Positions 60,047 through 64,000 of a stretch of DNA of 64,000 nucleotides are shown one piece after another. The notes beneath the pieces were generated by a model. It worked only from the letters and a program-made list of their open reading frames with translations, was not told the DNA's origin and searched no databases. This DNA is from Candidatus Tenderia electrophaga. GTDB taxonomy: Bacteria; Pseudomonadota; Gammaproteobacteria; Tenderiales; Tenderiaceae. The stretch lies in contig CP013099.1 of assembly GCA_001447805.1 (NCBI GenBank), positions 3,395,181 to 3,459,180 on the forward strand, written 5' to 3'. Numbering within the stretch: position 1 is the first letter of the stretch; each line of letters opens with the position of its first letter. The position numbers and the translations under genes are program-made.

Positions 60047-60679
60047 ATGAGCTACCAAATCATTCCGGTGACCGCCTATCAGCAGAATTGCTCTCTGATT
60101 TGGTGTCAGGCGACGCATAAGGCCGCACTCATCGATCCGGGCGGTGATGTGGATGTGTTGTTGCGTCATATTGAAGCGCGCAAAGTGAATATGGAGAAGA
60201 TCCTGCTTACCCACGGCCACCTCGATCACGTGGGCGCAGCGAAGCATCTCGCGCAGCACTTCAGCATTCCCATCATCGGGCCGCATCAGGACGACGCCTT
60301 TTGGTTGCAGATGCTGCCCCGGCAGGCGGAGATGTTCGGCTTTGAACCCTTGGATCCGTTTGTGCCAGATCAGTGGTTAAGCGCCGGCATGACGGTCAAT
60401 GTCGGCGAGCTGCGGCTGCAGGTGTTGCACTGTCCCGGCCATACGCCGGGTCATGTGGTCTTTTATAACGCCGGGCAACGCCTGGCCTTCGTCGGCGATG
60501 TGTTATTCAAGGGCTCCATCGGCCGTACCGATTTTCCGCGCGGCGATTACGCTACCTTGATCAACAGCATTGAAAACAACTTGTTGCCCTTGGGGGATGA
60601 TGTGACCTTTGTGCCGGGGCACGGCCCCCTATCCACGCTGGGCGAGGAACGCCTGACCAATCCCTTTTTGCAAAACTAA
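60047..60679 (+). CDS. MBL-fold metallo-hydrolase (YcbL/GloC-like)
   Basis: [39 protein letters not shown]. Confidence 0.92.
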   Translation: MSYQIIPVTAYQQNCSLIWCQATHKAALIDPGGDVDVLLRHIEARKVNMEKILLTHGHLDHVGAAKHLAQHFSIPIIGPHQDDAFWLQMLPRQAEMFGFEPLDPFVPDQWLSAGMTVNVGELRLQVLHCPGHTPGHVVFYNAGQRLAFVGDVLFKGSIGRTDFPRGDYATLINSIENNLLPLGDDVTFVPGHGPLSTLGEERLTNPFLQN

Positions 60680-61653
60680 CACTTCAGCTCGGTGAGTACC
60701 TGTGCGGCGAGTTGCTCACTGTAGGCATTGACCTTCCAGTGGTCCGGGGCCCAGCCGAGCAGGAAGCGATGAAAGTCTGTCCAGGCATAGGGGAAGAGGC
60801 TGCGCCATTCTTGTTCCAGTGCCGAAAAATCCGGCGCGCGATCGAGCTGTTTGCAGGCGCCTTGCAGTTGGGCGAAATAATAATCCAGCAATCTGTCTTG
60901 GTGCCGTGCGCACTCGGCCGCGCTCAGGCAGCTGCCGAGAAAATAGGCCACATCCTTCATGCCGCAGCCGCCGCCCACGTATTGAAAATCCACCGCCGCC
61001 ACGGCGCCGCCGTCGGGCGCGAAACAGAAGTTGGCCACTTTGGCGTCGCCGTGCAGCAGGGTTTGAAACTGGCATTGATTCAAGCGTGCATCAATCAATT
61101 CGGCCGCCTGTTTCAACTCACCGTCGGCCATGGCGGCCCATTCATCGGGGCGGGTGGCCAGATGCCAATAGGTCCCCACCGGCCACAGATCACTGGGCGT
61201 CTCACCTAGAAAGCGGGCATGGAAGCTGGCCAGCCATTTCAGGCAGACCTGGACCTCATGTAGGGTCAGGTGGGACTTGCGCAGGGGAAACCCCGCCGCG
61301 TCCAGATCTTCCAAGACAATGATATGTTCACCCGCACCGGCGCTGGCGGCGAAACAGCGGGCCACGCGGCAGTCGGCATGGCAACGTTCAGCCCAGTCGC
61401 GATACCAGTGCATTTCCACCTTGTAAGAATGCAGCTTGCGCGCGTGTGAGCGCTTGCTGTTCCAGCCGCGCGGGTGTCTGATGGCGTCCGGCACGACAAT
61501 GTGTTTCAAAATCACCGAGCCGATCGCGGCCCCGGCAAGCGTCAGCCTGAGGATTTCGCCATAGCCGCTCCACAAGGTTTGGATACGGTCTTGGGAGGTA
61601 ATGGCTTCGGCACCGCTGGCCGTTAAGACCAGGTCCTGGACATGCGGGTTCAT
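60676..61653 (-). CDS. Phosphotransferase (APH/EcKinase-like)
   Basis: [31 protein letters not shown]. Confidence 0.85.
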   Translation of the reverse strand: MNPHVQDLVLTASGAEAITSQDRIQTLWSGYGEILRLTLAGAAIGSVILKHIVVPDAIRHPRGWNSKRSHARKLHSYKVEMHWYRDWAERCHADCRVARCFAASAGAGEHIIVLEDLDAAGFPLRKSHLTLHEVQVCLKWLASFHARFLGETPSDLWPVGTYWHLATRPDEWAAMADGELKQAAELIDARLNQCQFQTLLHGDAKVANFCFAPDGGAVAAVDFQYVGGGCGMKDVAYFLGSCLSAAECARHQDRLLDYYFAQLQGACKQLDRAPDFSALEQEWRSLFPYAWTDFHRFLLGWAPDHWKVNAYSEQLAAQVLTELKC

Positions 61654-61693
61654 GCGGGTGATTTATGGGGTTCTGAATTCAAAGCGCTTACGC

Positions 61694-62800
61694 TTAGTCA
61701 GGGGTCAGGCGCACCAGTTTGCCGTCGTCCGCATCGGTGAGTAGATACAGATAGCCGTCGGGGCCGGTTTGCACGTCACGGATACGGCCCAGCGTGCCTT
61801 TTAGCAAGCGCTCTTCCTTGAGCACCTTGCGGCCGTCCAGTGGCAAACGCACCAACAACTCGAACTTGAGAGCGCCGATGAACAGATCGCCCTGCCACTT
61901 GGGAAATTTGTCGCCGCTGTAGAAGTCCATGCCGGACGGGGCGATGGATGGGTCCCAGTAATAGAGCGGCTGTTCCATACCTTGCTTGTGTGTGCCTTCA
62001 CCGATCTTGGTGCCGGTGACGTAATTGACGCCGTAGGTGATCACCGGCCAGCCGTAGTTGACACCCTTCTTGATCAGGTTCAGTTCGTCGCCGCCCTGGG
62101 GGCCGTGTTCATGCTCCCATACCGCGCCGGTATGCGGGTGCAGGGTCAGGCCCTGGGCGTTGCGATGACCGTAGCTGTAGATTTCGGGCTTGGCGTCCTG
62201 GCGCCCGACAAAGGGGTTGTCCTCGGGCACGCGGCCGTCGTCGTGCAGACGGATGATGGAGCCCGCATGGTCGTCCAGTTGTTGCGCCCGCTCCCGCTCG
62301 CCGCGGTCACCGAGACTGATATACAAATAGTTGTCCTTGTCGATCACCAGACGCGAGCCGAAGTGGCGTCCACCGTTGCTCTTGGGCTGCATGCGGAACA
62401 GCACCTGAACGTCTTGGAGTTCCATGCCCTCCAGCTTCGCCCGCGCCACTTCGGTGCCGATACCGCCGTCGCCGGCGGCCACATAGGAGAAATACAGCCA
62501 GCCGTTGCGGGCGTAATCCGGGTGCAGAATGATGTCCAATAGACCGCCCTGACCCACGGCGGTGATTTCAGGCAGACCCTTGATGGGGGTTGGCTTGAGG
62601 CGGCCGTTTTCGATCACACGCAGGCGCCCGGGTCGTTCCGTCACCAGGATGCGGCCGTCGGGCATAAAGGCCATGCTCCAGGGGTGTTCCAGTCCGGAGA
62701 CCACGGTTTGGGGGGTGACGGATTCAGCGGCGCTTGCCGGCAGCGCCGTCAGCAGGCCGATGAAGGCGAAACAGGTCAGCTGTTGTGTCAATCGATTCAT
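61694..62800 (-). CDS. PQQ-dependent aldose sugar dehydrogenase (YliI-like), exported
   Basis: Signal peptide; GQGGLLD, H.GSRL, YGHRN.QG, EHGP.GGDE.N, NYGWP, SIAPSG, RIRDV. Confidence 0.92.
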   Translation of the reverse strand: MNRLTQQLTCFAFIGLLTALPASAAESVTPQTVVSGLEHPWSMAFMPDGRILVTERPGRLRVIENGRLKPTPIKGLPEITAVGQGGLLDIILHPDYARNGWLYFSYVAAGDGGIGTEVARAKLEGMELQDVQVLFRMQPKSNGGRHFGSRLVIDKDNYLYISLGDRGERERAQQLDDHAGSIIRLHDDGRVPEDNPFVGRQDAKPEIYSYGHRNAQGLTLHPHTGAVWEHEHGPQGGDELNLIKKGVNYGWPVITYGVNYVTGTKIGEGTHKQGMEQPLYYWDPSIAPSGMDFYSGDKFPKWQGDLFIGALKFELLVRLPLDGRKVLKEERLLKGTLGRIRDVQTGPDGYLYLLTDADDGKLVRLTPD

Positions 62801-62888
62801 GGGAATTGCGGGTAAGTTGGCTTGAACGGTAAGGCAAAGTGTAGACTAATCTTTATCACACTGCAGCGCGCGCCGATCCCGTTCAAGC

Positions 62889-63563
62889 ATGCCACCCCGT
62901 CCTACCAAAAAGATTCTCGCCCTGCACGGTTATGCCATGAACCGCGATGGCTTGCGCGCATGGCTGCCGCCCTTGGAAACCGCGCTGCAAGACGGGGCGG
63001 AATTCGTCTATCCTCAGGCCGCCATCGAGGTCCCCGCGGCCGAGGTGCGCGCCATGCTCGACCGTTATCAAATGTCGCTGCCCGAGACCAAGATCGGCGC
63101 CGGGCAGAACTGGTGCTGGTATCGCGCCACGGACGAGAAACCGCCGCGCTATAGCGGATTGGCAGAAAGTTTGGATCAACTGCAGCGGTTCTGTGACAGT
63201 CGAGGCCCCTTCGACGGCGTGCTGGGTTGGAGTCAGGGCGCTGCGATGGCGGCCATGCTGGCGGCGGCGCAGCAGAACGGGGGCGGCTACGATTTCGGGC
63301 TGCGCTGGCTGGTGCTGTGTGGCGGTTTCATGCCCGGCGCGGCGCTGGTTAAACCTTGGTTCGAGACGCCTTTGGCCTTTCCCAGTCTCCATGTCGTAGG
63401 GAAAAAGGAATCGGAATTCATGCGCCGGCGCGCCGTGCAGCTGCGCCATGCCTTTGTCGACAGTGCGTGGCTGGAGACGCCGCTGGGTCACAGGATGCCG
63501 GTCAATCTACCGCGATATATGCAACGGATCGCCGCCTGGATGGCGCTTCAGCTCAAGGAATAG
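62889..63563 (+). CDS. FSH1/OVCA2-like serine hydrolase
   Basis: KILALHGY, GPFDGVLGWSQGA, PSLHVVG, GH.MP. Confidence 0.85.
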   Translation: MPPRPTKKILALHGYAMNRDGLRAWLPPLETALQDGAEFVYPQAAIEVPAAEVRAMLDRYQMSLPETKIGAGQNWCWYRATDEKPPRYSGLAESLDQLQRFCDSRGPFDGVLGWSQGAAMAAMLAAAQQNGGGYDFGLRWLVLCGGFMPGAALVKPWFETPLAFPSLHVVGKKESEFMRRRAVQLRHAFVDSAWLETPLGHRMPVNLPRYMQRIAAWMALQLKE

Positions 63564-64000
63564 CCGTCCATATCATCCGCATCCACGCCGCCGTCCTTGC
63601 TCAGGCGGATGCGCAGACTGAGGTCGTTGCGCGAGTCGGCATGATTGAGCGCCTCGTCCACCGTGACCTTGCCGGCCTCATAGAGTTGGTACAGGGCCTG
63701 GTCGAAGGTCTGCATGCCGATGTTCGCGCCTTGCTCGACGGCGCTCATGATGTCGTTGATCTTGCCCTTTTGGATGAGGTCGGCGATATGGGGCGTATTG
63801 AGCATCACCTCCACCGCCGGCAGGCGTTTCCTGTCCACGCCCGCCACCAGACGCTGGGACACAATGGCGCGCAGGTTCAGGGACAAATCCATATAGAGTT
63901 GGCGCTGGGCGTTTTCGGGGAAAAAGTTGATGATGCGTTCCAGGGTCTGCGTGGCGTTGGTGGCGTGCAGGGTGGACAGGCACAGATGGCCCGTGTCGGC
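63548..64000 (-). CDS. pilU: Type IV pilus retraction ATPase PilU (5' truncated by window edge)
   Basis: TGHLCLSTLHA.NA.Q.LERIINFFP..MDLSLNLRAIVSQRL, GMQTFDQAL. Confidence 0.9.
   Translation of the reverse strand, partial: ADTGHLCLSTLHATNATQTLERIINFFPENAQRQLYMDLSLNLRAIVSQRLVAGVDRKRLPAVEVMLNTPHIADLIQKGKINDIMSAVEQGANIGMQTFDQALYQLYEAGKVTVDEALNHADSRNDLSLRIRLSKDGGVDADDMDGYSLS

Overview
A gene-dense, GC-rich bacterial chromosomal window. Gene content (motAB, fadEIJD, cmoAB, pilU, HDOD/PilZ/GGDEF proteins) fits a motile environmental gammaproteobacterium (inference). It holds about 67 CDS, running from a partial speA to a partial pilU. I found no rRNA, tRNA, CRISPR array, transposase, integrase or phage genes. 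Most of the window is housekeeping: amino-acid catabolism (speA, sdaA, rocF-rocD), a beta-oxidation operon, a LysR-DoxX-GST-pirin stress cluster, msrB and cmoAB. The strongest candidate for an uncharacterised system is at 54.8-59.7 kb. There, an OmpR-type regulator and a GAF/PAS/heme-PAS-like hybrid kinase sit upstream of mddA and an ArsM-like methyltransferase that lacks two ArsM cysteines, with matching GWWACA-type repeat boxes in both intergenic regions. Other notable signals are an orphan minus-strand terminator preceded by GGA motifs (candidate Csr/Rsm sRNA, about 6.33-6.52 kb), an L,D-transpeptidase-SPOR protein whose catalytic Cys codon reads Ser, a diguanylate cyclase split at a G7 run, and two separate stator pairs. 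All assignments come from motif recognition by eye; no database searches were run.
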